The notes below the pieces were generated by a model. That model ran no database searches, was not told where the DNA came from, and saw only the letters and a program-made list of their open reading frames with translations. Below, piece after piece: positions 28,476 to 37,830 of a stretch of DNA of 64,000 nucleotides (within the stretch, counting starts at the first letter, position 1; each line of letters begins with the position of its first letter). The stretch is taken from positions 10,420-74,419 of the forward strand of contig JAIBAT010000028.1 in assembly GCA_019695055.1 (NCBI GenBank), written 5' to 3'. The translations under genes and the position numbers were made by a program. The DNA is from Candidatus Sumerlaeaceae bacterium (GTDB taxonomy: Bacteria; Sumerlaeota; Sumerlaeia; Sumerlaeales; Sumerlaeaceae).

Positions 28476-30308
28476 ATGTATAACAAGTTCTTCGGCCTTG
28501 CCGAAGCTCCATTCAACATTACGCCCGACTGGCGCTTTCTGTTTCTGAGCCAGCGGCACCGCGAGGCTCTGAGCGCCCTAGTTTACGGCATTCGGGAACG
28601 GAAGGGCTTTATCCTGCTCACGGGTGAAATCGGGTCCGGCAAGACCACCGTCTGCCGAGCGCTCGTCCACGACCTGAAGCAAGACAATATGAAGCTGGCC
28701 CTGATCCTGAACCCAGGCCTGTCTGAACTCGAGTTGCTAAAAGCCATTAATGACGAGTTCCAGATTCCGTCCTTTTATAATACCAAAAAGGGCCTCATCG
28801 ACGAGCTTAACCGCTTCCTGATTACCGAGAACCAGAAGGGCAACAACGTCGTTCTCATCATCGACGAGGCCCAGAATCTTGACCCGGCGTTGCTGGAGCA
28901 GATCCGGATGCTGTCGAACCTCGAGACCGAGGACACGAAACTCATCCAGATCGTCCTCATCGGACAGCCGGAACTGAACGAAACGCTTTCGCTATCGCAA
29001 CTCGAACAGCTTAACCAGCGCATTGCTGTGCGGTTCCACCTGACTCCGCTCAGCCCTGAGGACATGCACGCCTACATCAAGCATCGCCTCTTTGTGGCCC
29101 GCGCAAAGATCGACGTCGAGTTCACCGACGCGGCCCTGAAAATGGCCCACGTGGCCACGCGCGGCATTCCCCGCAAGATCAACGTGCTGTGCGATCGCGC
29201 CCTGCTGGGCTGCTACGTCGAAGGCAGCTATACTGTTGACGAGCGCATCATGCAGAAGGCGATCCAGGAGATCGCCGGCGATGCTCCGGCACCCGCTGAT
29301 TCTGGCGGAGCCGCCAAAACCATGGCCGCGACGATCGGGCGCATCCTTACGCGCCGCGTTGCCATCGTCATTGGCGCCATGCTGTCCATCATGGCGGTCG
29401 TGGCGGTCTCCGTGGCCATCGGCGTACGATGGGCCAATCACAATAATCCGGATCAGTCCGACCCGCAGGCCGAGCGCATCGACAAGATGAAGATTCCCGC
29501 CGAACCGCCTATTGAAAGCGATGGCGGCGCCCAGTCCGCGACAGATAACACCACAACCGGTACGGGCGATTCCAAGTCCGTCGCCGTTCCTGCGACACCG
29601 ACTCCCGCCACCGATTGGGACGCGGAGCGGCGCAAGAACCCGAACTGGAAGTACGACAAGAACTCACCGCTTGTGCGCGTGAACAGCCCGAAGACGGTGC
29701 TGCGCGCGGCCCAACTCAGCATCCTGAAAATGTGGGGCATCACGATCGACCTTGGTGAAATGGCCAAGCTCGGCGAGGACATGATCCTCAACGGAGAACT
29801 CAAATCCGATGCCGTAAAGATCCGCATCATCAATATTCCCGGCGGCTTCCGCGAAGTGGTTCGCCTCAACGTGCCCATGATCATCAAGATGAAGGATTCG
29901 GGCCCGGACCGCTCGGAGAACGTCGTGCTTCTGCGGGCCGAGGGCGAAGCCGTCACAGTCGGCGACCCGGTTTGGGGCGTGCGCGTTTACAAGGCCGGTG
30001 ACTTCTCCAAACGCTGGGGCGGCGCCACGGCCATCTGCGTGGATGTGAATCAGCTCAGCACCCTCAACCGCGGCGACCGCAACGAGCGGGTGCGCGCGTT
30101 GCAGGAGTTTCTCAAGGGCGAGAAATACCTTGACGAAGTGACTGGCGTTTACGACATCAAGACGACCGAAGCCATCAAGAAGTTCCAGGAATATTATGGC
30201 ATCAATGGGAAAAGCGCAAACGGGCAGATCGACGACGTGACGCTTCTCGTCCTCAACAGCCGCATGATGCGAAACGGCCCGCGGCTCAACGCGGCGGACC
30301 AGGACTGA
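28476..30308 (+). CDS. exeA: ExeA/GspA-family AAA+ ATPase with C-terminal peptidoglycan-binding domain
   Basis: Classic ExeA N-terminus MYNKFFGLAEAPFNITPDWRFLFLSQRHREALSALVYGIRERKGFILLTGEIGSGKTTV…LIIDEAQNL; C-terminus RVRALQEFLKGEKYLDEVTGVYDIKTTEAIKKFQEYYGINGKSANGQID (PG_binding_1-like). Confidence 0.85.
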   Translation: MYNKFFGLAEAPFNITPDWRFLFLSQRHREALSALVYGIRERKGFILLTGEIGSGKTTVCRALVHDLKQDNMKLALILNPGLSELELLKAINDEFQIPSFYNTKKGLIDELNRFLITENQKGNNVVLIIDEAQNLDPALLEQIRMLSNLETEDTKLIQIVLIGQPELNETLSLSQLEQLNQRIAVRFHLTPLSPEDMHAYIKHRLFVARAKIDVEFTDAALKMAHVATRGIPRKINVLCDRALLGCYVEGSYTVDERIMQKAIQEIAGDAPAPADSGGAAKTMAATIGRILTRRVAIVIGAMLSIMAVVAVSVAIGVRWANHNNPDQSDPQAERIDKMKIPAEPPIESDGGAQSATDNTTTGTGDSKSVAVPATPTPATDWDAERRKNPNWKYDKNSPLVRVNSPKTVLRAAQLSILKMWGITIDLGEMAKLGEDMILNGELKSDAVKIRIINIPGGFREVVRLNVPMIIKMKDSGPDRSENVVLLRAEGEAVTVGDPVWGVRVYKAGDFSKRWGGATAICVDVNQLSTLNRGDRNERVRALQEFLKGEKYLDEVTGVYDIKTTEAIKKFQEYYGINGKSANGQIDDVTLLVLNSRMMRNGPRLNAADQD

Positions 30309-30315
30309 CGCAGCC

Positions 30316-31059
30316 ATGAGCCTGATTCTCGACGCCCTGCACCGCGCCCGACGCGACCGCGACGACCCGGCCTACAACAATACGCGGGCCCTTGACCCGC
30401 AGCACATCCGCGCGGCGGCCCCGGCAAAGAAGCCCAGCCGCCTGTTGATTGGCTCCCTGATAGCCTGCACCGTGCTCAGCCTTGGTCTTGCAGGCTTCGT
30501 GGCTTGGTACGCCATCCGCCAACTCAGCCGATTTACCGAACTGAAAGTCGAGGGCGGTGCGGCCCCAAAATCCACTCTCGCCGGGACGAAACCGGCGGCC
30601 GTGGTGGCACCGACTCCGGCGACGGCTGAGCAGGAACTTCCTGTCGTTGCCCCGTCGAACGCACAGTTGCAGGCCGCCATCCAGCCGCCCACGGACCTGC
30701 CGCCTCCACCGGTGGTACCGGTAGCCGCAAACAAGGTTACCAAAGCACCCGATACGCCTGTCCCGACAGATGCGGCACCGAAGAGCGCGCGACCCGACGA
30801 AGGGCCGACGGAAACCGCCGCGCCCACCCAGCCCGCGAAACCAGCCACGCCGTCGGAACGACTTGCCGCCCGCTCCAAGAAGGGCTTCTCGCTCGGTACC
30901 ATCCTGTTCGACGAGAACAGCAAGATCGCGGTCATCAACGGCACCATGCTCCACGAAGGCCAGACCCACGACGACTTCAAGGTACTGAAGATTACCCGGA
31001 ACAAGGTCACCGTGCAGCGCGATGGCGAGGATCCTGTGGTTTTGTCCACCGCGCAGTGA
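30316..31059 (+). CDS. GspB/ExeB-like general secretion pathway protein B
   Basis: N-terminal MSLILDALHRARRDRDD (GspB signature MSxILDALRKA), single TM, Pro/Ala-rich linker, conserved C-terminus FSLGTILFDENSKIAVINGTMLHEGQTHDDFKVLKITRNKVTV; directly follows exeA. Confidence 0.6.
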   Translation: MSLILDALHRARRDRDDPAYNNTRALDPQHIRAAAPAKKPSRLLIGSLIACTVLSLGLAGFVAWYAIRQLSRFTELKVEGGAAPKSTLAGTKPAAVVAPTPATAEQELPVVAPSNAQLQAAIQPPTDLPPPPVVPVAANKVTKAPDTPVPTDAAPKSARPDEGPTETAAPTQPAKPATPSERLAARSKKGFSLGTILFDENSKIAVINGTMLHEGQTHDDFKVLKITRNKVTVQRDGEDPVVLSTAQ

Positions 31060-31114
31060 CCCTGCTACTTTGCTTTGCAATTGCCTCCAACCGTTCTAAT
31101 CCTTCGTTCCCATC

Positions 31115-31738
31115 ATGATTGAATTCCTTCGCGGACGGCTCCTGACGAAAGACAGCGGCCACGTCGTGCTCGACGTTGGCGGCGTCGGCTATGGCGTCGA
31201 CGTGCCAGTGACCACGCTGGATCGGCTGCCGGATGCGGGCGAAGAAGTGGCACTGCACACGCACCTCTACCTGCAGGAAGCGATCATGCGCCTCTACGGC
31301 TTCCTGACCGAAGGCGAGCGCGATGTGTTCCAGGTTTTCCTGGGCACGTCGGGCATTGGCCCGAAAACGGCGCTGGGCATTCTTTCCTCCATCAAGATCG
31401 GTGACTTTGCGCGGGCAGTGCTGCGTAACGATCTGTCCACACTTATGAAAATCCCCGGCATCGGCAAAAAGACCGCCGAGCGGCTTGTCGTGGAACTGCG
31501 CGACAAGATGATGCACTTCGCCGAAGGCGGCGCGCCGGGCGGCAAGAAAACCGTGGCAGCGACCGACGACGCGGGCAAGCATCGCGGCGGACCGCTGGGC
31601 GAAACCATCCAGGCGCTCATCGGCCTTGGCTGCAAGCCCGCCGTAGCCGAGCGCGCCAGCTACAAGGCGCTGGAAATCCTTGGCGCCGACGCTTCCATTC
31701 AGGACCTCATCAAGGAAGCCCTGAAGCACCGCTACTGA
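31115..31738 (+). CDS. ruvA: Holliday junction DNA helicase RuvA
   Basis: MIEFLRGRLLTKDSGHVVLDVGGVGYGVDVPVTT…; HhH motifs IPGIGKKTAERLVVELRDK. Confidence 0.9.
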   Translation: MIEFLRGRLLTKDSGHVVLDVGGVGYGVDVPVTTLDRLPDAGEEVALHTHLYLQEAIMRLYGFLTEGERDVFQVFLGTSGIGPKTALGILSSIKIGDFARAVLRNDLSTLMKIPGIGKKTAERLVVELRDKMMHFAEGGAPGGKKTVAATDDAGKHRGGPLGETIQALIGLGCKPAVAERASYKALEILGADASIQDLIKEALKHRY

Positions 31739-31742
31739 ACCA

Positions 31743-33914
31743 TTACTTCATTCCCAGTTCCTGTGCGAGGAATGCCAGGGCCGCCGCGCGTTCCTCAATA
31801 ATCTTTGCCGTGGGCTTGCCACCACCGTGGCCGGCCTTGGTGTCCACCTTCAGAAGAATGGGGTACTCCCCGGCCTGCGCGGGTTGCAGCGTGGCGGCGA
31901 ACTTGTAGCTGTGGGCCGGCACGACGCGGTCGTCGTGGTCGGCGGTGGTGATGAGAACCGCCGGGTACTTGATGCCCGTCTTCACGTTGTGCAGTGGCGA
32001 GTACTTGATAAGATACGCGAACTGCGCCGGATCGTCGGAGCAGCCATACTCGACCTTCCACGCCCAGCCGATGGTGAACTTGTGGTAGCGGAGCATATCG
32101 TGAACACCGACGTCGGCCCAGATGGCGCGGAACAGGTCGGGCCGCTGGGTGATGCAGGCACCCATGAGCAGGCCGCCGTTGCTGGCGCCCTCGGCGCTGA
32201 GATGGGCGCTGGAGGTGTAGCCATCGGCGATGAGCTTCTCCGCTGCGGCGTAGAAGTCATTGAAACAGTTCTGCTTGTTATCGAGGCTGCCGCCGCGATG
32301 CCACTTCTCGCCATACTCGCCGCCGCCGCGGATGATGGCCACGGCAAAGGCACCGCCGTTCTCGTACCACGCAATGCCACTGGTGGAAAAGAAAGGCGTG
32401 GTGTTGGCCCGGTAGCCACCATAGGCGTAAAGCCGCGTGGGATTGGAGCCATCGAGCTTCATATCCTTGCGATGAGTCACGAACACCGGCACGCGGGTGC
32501 CATCCTTGCTGCGGGCAAAGACCTGCGTCGTGACGTAATCCTCGCTCTTGAACTCCACCTTGGGGCGGAAAACCGTTTCCATAGCGTCCGTCTTGAGGTC
32601 GAAACGAAACACAGACCACGGCTCGGTGAACGAGGTGAAGTCGAAGAAGAACTCCGTGTCGTCCGTCTTGCCGGTGAGGCCGCTGGCGGCACCGAGGCCG
32701 GGCAGGGGAACCTGACCAAGGCTCCTGCCGTCGGCGGCGTAGCGCGTGAGGCGCGCGGCCGCATCGTGGAGAGTCCCCACAATCAACTGGCCACCGATCA
32801 GGCCCACCTCGTCAATGGCGTCGGCGCCCTCGGGAACGATTTCCTTCCAGTTCTCGCGCTGAGGCTTGTCGATATCGATGGCGATGATGCGCATGTTGGG
32901 CGCCTTGTTGTCGGTCAGGACGTAGAACGTGCGCCCGATGTTGCCGATGAAGTTATAGTCGCTCTCGCCACGCTCGACGAGGGTCCTCACAGCGGTGGTG
33001 GACGGCACGCCCTTCGAGAGTTCGGCGTAGGCGATGCCGCTCTTAGTGTCGGTGCCCAGCCAGATGGGCGTGACGAGGAATTTGCCGTCGTCCGTCACGT
33101 CTGGCGTCAGGCCCAGTTCCTTGTTGTCGGGTCGCGCGTAAACCAGTTTGTCCTCGGCCTGAGTGGTGCCCAGCTTGTGGAAGTAGATGGCGTGATTGTA
33201 ATTTGCCTCGGTGAAATTCCGACCCTTTTCCGGCTTCGGGTAGCGGGCATAGAAGAACCCGCTGCCGTCGTGGAGCCAGGCGAGGCCGGTGAACTTGAGC
33301 CATTCGAGGTGGTCCGGCAGCTTCTTGCCTGTTGCCAGCTCCAGCACATAGGCCTCGTTCCAGTCCGAGCCGCTGGCCTCGGTGGTGTAGGCGAAATAGC
33401 GCCCGTCGTGGCTGACGGCCCATTCGCCCAAGGCGACCGTGCCATCTTTGGACAGCTTGTTGGGATCGAGGACAAGCTCGCGTTTACCGCCGAGGGTTTT
33501 CGAGCGATATAGCGGCGCCTGGTTTTCGAGGCCGGTGGTGCGGGTGAAATAGTAGTAGCCGGCCTCCTTTTGGGGGGTGCCGACGCGTTCGTAGTTCCAG
33601 ACCTTCTTCAGGCGGGTTTGGAACTTCTTATAAAAGGGATTGGCGGCGAGATAGGCCTTCGCACGGGCATTTTGCCCGGCGACCCATGCCTGGGTCTCCG
33701 TGCTGTCGGGATCCTCGAGCCAGCGGTAGGGGTCGGGGACTTTCGTGCCGTGGTAGTCGTCCACCACGTTGTCCTGCCGCGCCACGGGGGCAGGGGGTAG
33801 CTTCGGTTCGGTTTTCATGTCAGGCTTTCCGGCAAAGGCAGCCGTCGCAAGCACCGCGGCCGCCATGATGAGGGGATATCGGGTCGTCATGGCAGCCCAC
33901 CGTGGGCGGCGCAT
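31743..33914 (-). CDS. Prolyl oligopeptidase (S9A serine peptidase), secreted
   Basis: N-terminal beta-propeller plus C-terminal alpha/beta-hydrolase with catalytic GASNGGLLMGA (GxSxGG); signal peptide. Confidence 0.9.
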   Translation of the reverse strand: MRRPRWAAMTTRYPLIMAAAVLATAAFAGKPDMKTEPKLPPAPVARQDNVVDDYHGTKVPDPYRWLEDPDSTETQAWVAGQNARAKAYLAANPFYKKFQTRLKKVWNYERVGTPQKEAGYYYFTRTTGLENQAPLYRSKTLGGKRELVLDPNKLSKDGTVALGEWAVSHDGRYFAYTTEASGSDWNEAYVLELATGKKLPDHLEWLKFTGLAWLHDGSGFFYARYPKPEKGRNFTEANYNHAIYFHKLGTTQAEDKLVYARPDNKELGLTPDVTDDGKFLVTPIWLGTDTKSGIAYAELSKGVPSTTAVRTLVERGESDYNFIGNIGRTFYVLTDNKAPNMRIIAIDIDKPQRENWKEIVPEGADAIDEVGLIGGQLIVGTLHDAAARLTRYAADGRSLGQVPLPGLGAASGLTGKTDDTEFFFDFTSFTEPWSVFRFDLKTDAMETVFRPKVEFKSEDYVTTQVFARSKDGTRVPVFVTHRKDMKLDGSNPTRLYAYGGYRANTTPFFSTSGIAWYENGGAFAVAIIRGGGEYGEKWHRGGSLDNKQNCFNDFYAAAEKLIADGYTSSAHLSAEGASNGGLLMGACITQRPDLFRAIWADVGVHDMLRYHKFTIGWAWKVEYGCSDDPAQFAYLIKYSPLHNVKTGIKYPAVLITTADHDDRVVPAHSYKFAATLQPAQAGEYPILLKVDTKAGHGGGKPTAKIIEERAAALAFLAQELGMK

Positions 33915-34230
33915 TTGGCGAAATCAGCATAAAACTGGCCCATGCAGAATGGGGGGCTGTTTGCCAGTTCCAAGACCGAATTGGGAGGGGGAGGGGGGGA
34001 GGGGGGGGTATATTTTTTTCCCAGCGAAAATGGCCTCTAACCCAAATGGTTTCAGTGCGGAAAAATCGGAAATTAAATCGATATAATTTAAGGCATTTAT
34101 TGGGACTGCCCTCAGCGGGGGACGGCCCTTTGCATGGCGCGAAGCCAGCACTGCATGGGAATTGGTGCTGAAATGGCACGGAAACGTCGCGAGGTTGGCG
34201 AGCGGATGGGTTGGGCGCAGGGTAACCATG

Positions 34231-34314
34231 ATGAAAAGACCCTAACATGCGGGAATGGGTTTGCCTATTCCCTTACAGACGCTTGCGACCCTCTGTGGAC
34301 CCATAAAGTGGAAG
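34231..34314. repeat. Copy B of the ~84-bp dispersed element, at the left edge of the low-GC DUF3800 islet
   Basis: atgaaaagaccctaacatgcgggaatgggtTTGCCTATTCCCTTACAGacgcttgcgaccctctgtgGACCCATaAAgTGgAAG. Confidence 0.7.
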
Positions 34315-34490
34315 GGCCGTATCCAGCGGGGGTATGAGTCCACCCATTCCTCGTCCAAGGAGCTTGTCAGGTTAGACTTGCATTAAAAAAACCACTGGGA
34401 GTAATCTTCTAATGGAATCTGAAAGGAGGCTAGACTTCCCGGTAGGATTCCCCCGGGGGAGCCGAGAGGCTTCCCCTCTTTTTTTGCCAC

Positions 34491-35264
34491 TCACAACCGC
34501 ACAATACCTAAAGGGTCCTTCGGCGCAATCGCTCTGCACAGGACCGGCCCCAAACGTGCGAAATAGTTCTGGGCGGATTTCTTCTTCATATACGTCGACG
34601 GGGCGACGTGCTGGTATAGCAGCCATGCCGTTGTGTCCACTGCCTGGATGAAGTAGGAATGGACCGAGTCGCGATAGTTTGGGTCCTCGATGATGGAAGT
34701 TAATGGCGCATTCCTCGAAGCTCCGGTATATGGCGCTCCGGGTTTATGAGGCACCTGGTTGTACTTCCGCAGTTTCCGCAGCAGCCGGTCGAGCCTCGCC
34801 ACGTCAGTCCGGTCGGGGAAGATCATCGCACGCTCATCGGCATTTCTAGGGCCGGCAAAGTTGCGATAACCGATGGTATCGTGAAAACGGTGAAGGAGCA
34901 CCTTCCAAGCCATTTCGAAAACATCATAATCCTGTGGTTTACCGTCCTTATCCACAATCACGTTGATGATGGAGGTATCCGGGGCCGCCGCGATGGCGTC
35001 CGCATGGGCACGAAGAATGGTCAGTCGGTTATTCTTGTGGATTCGGGCCAGTTCTCCGGGATGGTGAATGAGTTCGGAAGCGTGTATTTCCTCGCGCAAT
35101 TTTAGCGCGAAGGCCCCCTTCATTCTGCGACGGAAGGCAATTAAGTGGTCCAAGACGGCCTGCCATCTAAGCTCGTGAATCACCAGGCCAGATAGTACAA
35201 AATATCGTGAAGGCGAGTTTGTCAGGCCCGTGTCACCGCTTTCGTCCACATAGAGCAGGTACAT
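34491..35264 (-). CDS. DUF3800-family protein
   Basis: N-terminal MYLLYVDESGDTG… (DUF3800 signature YxDESG); 257 aa; local GC clearly lower than surroundings. Confidence 0.65.
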   Translation of the reverse strand: MYLLYVDESGDTGLTNSPSRYFVLSGLVIHELRWQAVLDHLIAFRRRMKGAFALKLREEIHASELIHHPGELARIHKNNRLTILRAHADAIAAAPDTSIINVIVDKDGKPQDYDVFEMAWKVLLHRFHDTIGYRNFAGPRNADERAMIFPDRTDVARLDRLLRKLRKYNQVPHKPGAPYTGASRNAPLTSIIEDPNYRDSVHSYFIQAVDTTAWLLYQHVAPSTYMKKKSAQNYFARLGPVLCRAIAPKDPLGIVRL

Positions 35265-35453
35265 GCGGGGCCGTCTATATCAATCCGGGTTCGGGGAAAA
35301 CGGGCATTCGTCAGACTTCTCGGTCTATAATCGTTGGTGGAATCTACATGGTAGAGATACGCCATTTGCCATATCGTCAATTCCAATTCCAAGTTTTGCG
35401 CATGCAGGCGCTGCTACCGTCGGGACAGAATGCGTGCCTGTCCCGACTTTACG

Positions 35454-35474
35454 CTGTGGACCCATAAAGTGGAA
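35454..35474. repeat. 21-bp partial copy (C) of the 84-bp element (CTGTGGACCCATAAAGTGGAA), right boundary of the DUF3800 cassette
   Basis: Exact 21/21 match to 34293-34313; immediately preceded by a perfect 10-bp-stem hairpin (35420-35448). Confidence 0.7.
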
Positions 35475-35597
35475 TGCCCATTTTGAGAGAGGCAGAAATT
35501 TAACACGAAGTCACCAAGGAACCAAGAAGGGCCGCGAGGAGGTTGGGGCTGATGGAGCCGAAGCTGACGGAAATCTTGCGCGGCCTATATTGCCGCC

Positions 35598-36512
35598 CTA
35601 ATACCCCGGGTCGACGGGATTTAGCTTCGGCAATACGGGTGGATTTGTGGAAACGGTGTCTGTGGTGCTAGTAGCAGATTCCGCAGAGTGCTCTGGGAGC
35701 GCTAGAAACAACTGTTCGGCGGTTTCAGGTTTAAACCAGGAAATCGGCTTCGCACTTTTCCGCCACTGGTTCCAACGGTAGTTGTCTTTGGAAGCGATGA
35801 ACAGGGCCTTTCCGTCCGTAAAGACAGAAATCATAGCACCCCACCCCACCGGAACATGGCCCGCCTCCCTCCAAGAAATCCGCCCGAATAGCAGACCTGG
35901 CGTTCCGCTATGGGTGTCGTAATATCTCCCAGTTCGGAGGTCGGCCTCTGATATTTCAAAGACCTGTGGAGCCGCGCGAAAAAGATACTCCTGCAATTGT
36001 CCGGATGTCGGATTGTCATTCGCCGGGGGAACGACATTCGGATCAGGAATCACCAACGCCGCCATGCCACCATCCTCCAGATTGTAAAGAACCCGATTTT
36101 TGTTTTTGACGTAGCAGACAACTATTTCGTCCGTTTCCTCCGTAACATTGGTGCCCGGATAATGGGTCTTTCGTTGAAAAGGAACAATCTTGTCCGAGGG
36201 AGGCGTGGTCAGCAAATCGGGTTTCAGGTATCTTGATAGCCGACTCTTCACCACATCCCGAGTCACCTCTGGCAAAAGGTCGAAAGGCTGGGAAGTTGCC
36301 AATTCCAATTGGGTGGGCGGGAAGGCCCTCACAAAAACCCGTGCAACCAAGAGATGAGTGGGCGATGTGCTGGGATCCAGAAAGGATGTTTCCCCCAAGG
36401 GCGGATACTGGGTCCCTGCCAACACCCCGTTTGCGGCGAAAACCAGAATTAGGGACAGAGTGAGATACTCGGTTAGCCTAATCTTCAATACGCACCTCCG
36501 CAAAGTAGACAA
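35598..36512 (-). CDS. Secreted hypothetical protein (no recognisable family), low-GC islet
   Basis: 304 aa, N-terminal signal/TM (LTLSLILVFAANGVLAG); no motif recognised. Confidence 0.4.
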   Translation of the reverse strand: MSTLRRCVLKIRLTEYLTLSLILVFAANGVLAGTQYPPLGETSFLDPSTSPTHLLVARVFVRAFPPTQLELATSQPFDLLPEVTRDVVKSRLSRYLKPDLLTTPPSDKIVPFQRKTHYPGTNVTEETDEIVVCYVKNKNRVLYNLEDGGMAALVIPDPNVVPPANDNPTSGQLQEYLFRAAPQVFEISEADLRTGRYYDTHSGTPGLLFGRISWREAGHVPVGWGAMISVFTDGKALFIASKDNYRWNQWRKSAKPISWFKPETAEQLFLALPEHSAESATSTTDTVSTNPPVLPKLNPVDPGY

Positions 36513-36618
36513 CTTGGACCAAACATGGTGTTATTGCCCTGTTGCACAAGCCCAATCCCAAGTCCTATTGAACAGGTGTGTAGAATGGATCCGTCAAGGG
36601 GAGGCGCAAAGTAGGGTT

Positions 36619-37701
36619 ATGAAGAAAAGAATTGGAATCGTGACCGGTGGCGGTGACTGCCCGGGATTGAACGCTGTCATCCGGGCGGTGGCGAAGGCTG
36701 CGGCCCAGCGCGAATGGGAATGCGTTGGCATCCTGGGTGGCTACGAAGGTTTGCTGGAGCCCACGCACTCCCTGCCGTTGGACTATCACGCACTCAGCGG
36801 ATTGCTGACGCGCGGGGGAACCATTCTGGGCACAGCCAACCGGGGGAAGTTCGCTTCCAAGACGGGACATGGGGACAGCCGGCAGTTGCCGACGGAACTG
36901 TGTGAGGGTGTCCAGGCGGGCATGGAACGCCTGGGGATTTCGGCGCTTGTCTCCATCGGCGGCGATGGCTCGCTGACCATTGCCCAGCAGATGCACGAGT
37001 TTGGCATTCCGGTGGTCGGCGTGCCGAAGACCATCGACAACGACCTGGAAGGAACGCTCTTCACCTTCGGCTTCGACTCCGCCGTCGCCTGCGCCACGGA
37101 CGCCCTCGACCGGCTCCACACGACGGCCGAAAGCCACAACCGCGTGATGGTCCTCGAGGTCATGGGGCGCTACGCGGGATGGATTGCCCTGTTCGCGGGC
37201 ATCGCCGGTGGCGCCGATGTGATTCTGCTTCCGGAGATTCCCTTTACCTACGACAGCATCTGCGCGAAGATCCGCGAACGCGAGGACCGGGGAAAGCATT
37301 TCACGATCATCGTGGTGGCCGAAGGGGCACGGGAGAAGGATGGCGGGTTTGTGACCTCCGGCGGCCAGGAGGCCAATCGCGAGGCGCGGCTCGGCGGCAT
37401 TGCCGCAGTAGTGGCGTCGCAGGTCGAGAAACGTACTGGGAAAGAAACCCGCGCCTGCGTCCTGGGCCACCTGCAGCGGGGAGGTTCACCGACGCCTTTT
37501 GATCGCGCGTTGTGTTCCTCATTTGGGGCCCATGCGGTGGAGCTTGTCGCCGAGGGCAAATTCGGGCGGATGGTGGGCTGGCTGGGCACGCAGATCAGCG
37601 ACGTCAATATCAGCGAAGCGGTTGGGCGGTTGAAGACCGTCCCGCCGGACGGCAGTCTGCCCAGCACGGCCCGGGCGCTGGGGATTTCGTTGGGGGACTG
37701 A
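36619..37701 (+). CDS. pfkA: 6-phosphofructokinase (PfkA family)
   Basis: Start at ATG 36619 (MKKRIGIVTGGGDCPGLNAVIRAV), GGDGS, PKTIDNDL, MGRYAGW motifs. Confidence 0.9.
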   Translation: MKKRIGIVTGGGDCPGLNAVIRAVAKAAAQREWECVGILGGYEGLLEPTHSLPLDYHALSGLLTRGGTILGTANRGKFASKTGHGDSRQLPTELCEGVQAGMERLGISALVSIGGDGSLTIAQQMHEFGIPVVGVPKTIDNDLEGTLFTFGFDSAVACATDALDRLHTTAESHNRVMVLEVMGRYAGWIALFAGIAGGADVILLPEIPFTYDSICAKIREREDRGKHFTIIVVAEGAREKDGGFVTSGGQEANREARLGGIAAVVASQVEKRTGKETRACVLGHLQRGGSPTPFDRALCSSFGAHAVELVAEGKFGRMVGWLGTQISDVNISEAVGRLKTVPPDGSLPSTARALGISLGD

Positions 37702-37769
37702 CCGCGAAGGCCGCAAGGGCGTTCCCATGGGGTGGGATTGGCTACGAGGGTGTTTGGGGATTTTGTAAA

Positions 37770-37830
37770 GTGGCAGAGCCGTCTCGGCTCTGATTCAGCG
37801 GCGGGACGCCGCTGCCACTTTCTCCTTTTT
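37770..37830 (+). terminator. Rho-independent terminator candidate downstream of pfk
   Basis: GTGGCAG-AGCCGTCTCGGCTCTGATTCAGCGGCGGGACGCCG-CTGCCAC followed by TTTCTCCTTTTT. Confidence 0.5.

Noticed and set aside
34316-34345. tRNA-like T-arm (gggggtatgagtccaccc) near repeat copy B
   Set aside because: No cloverleaf could be built, and there are no GTTCGA/TTCGAATCC consensus, anticodon stem or CCA-compatible acceptor. No tRNA genes were recognised anywhere in the window.
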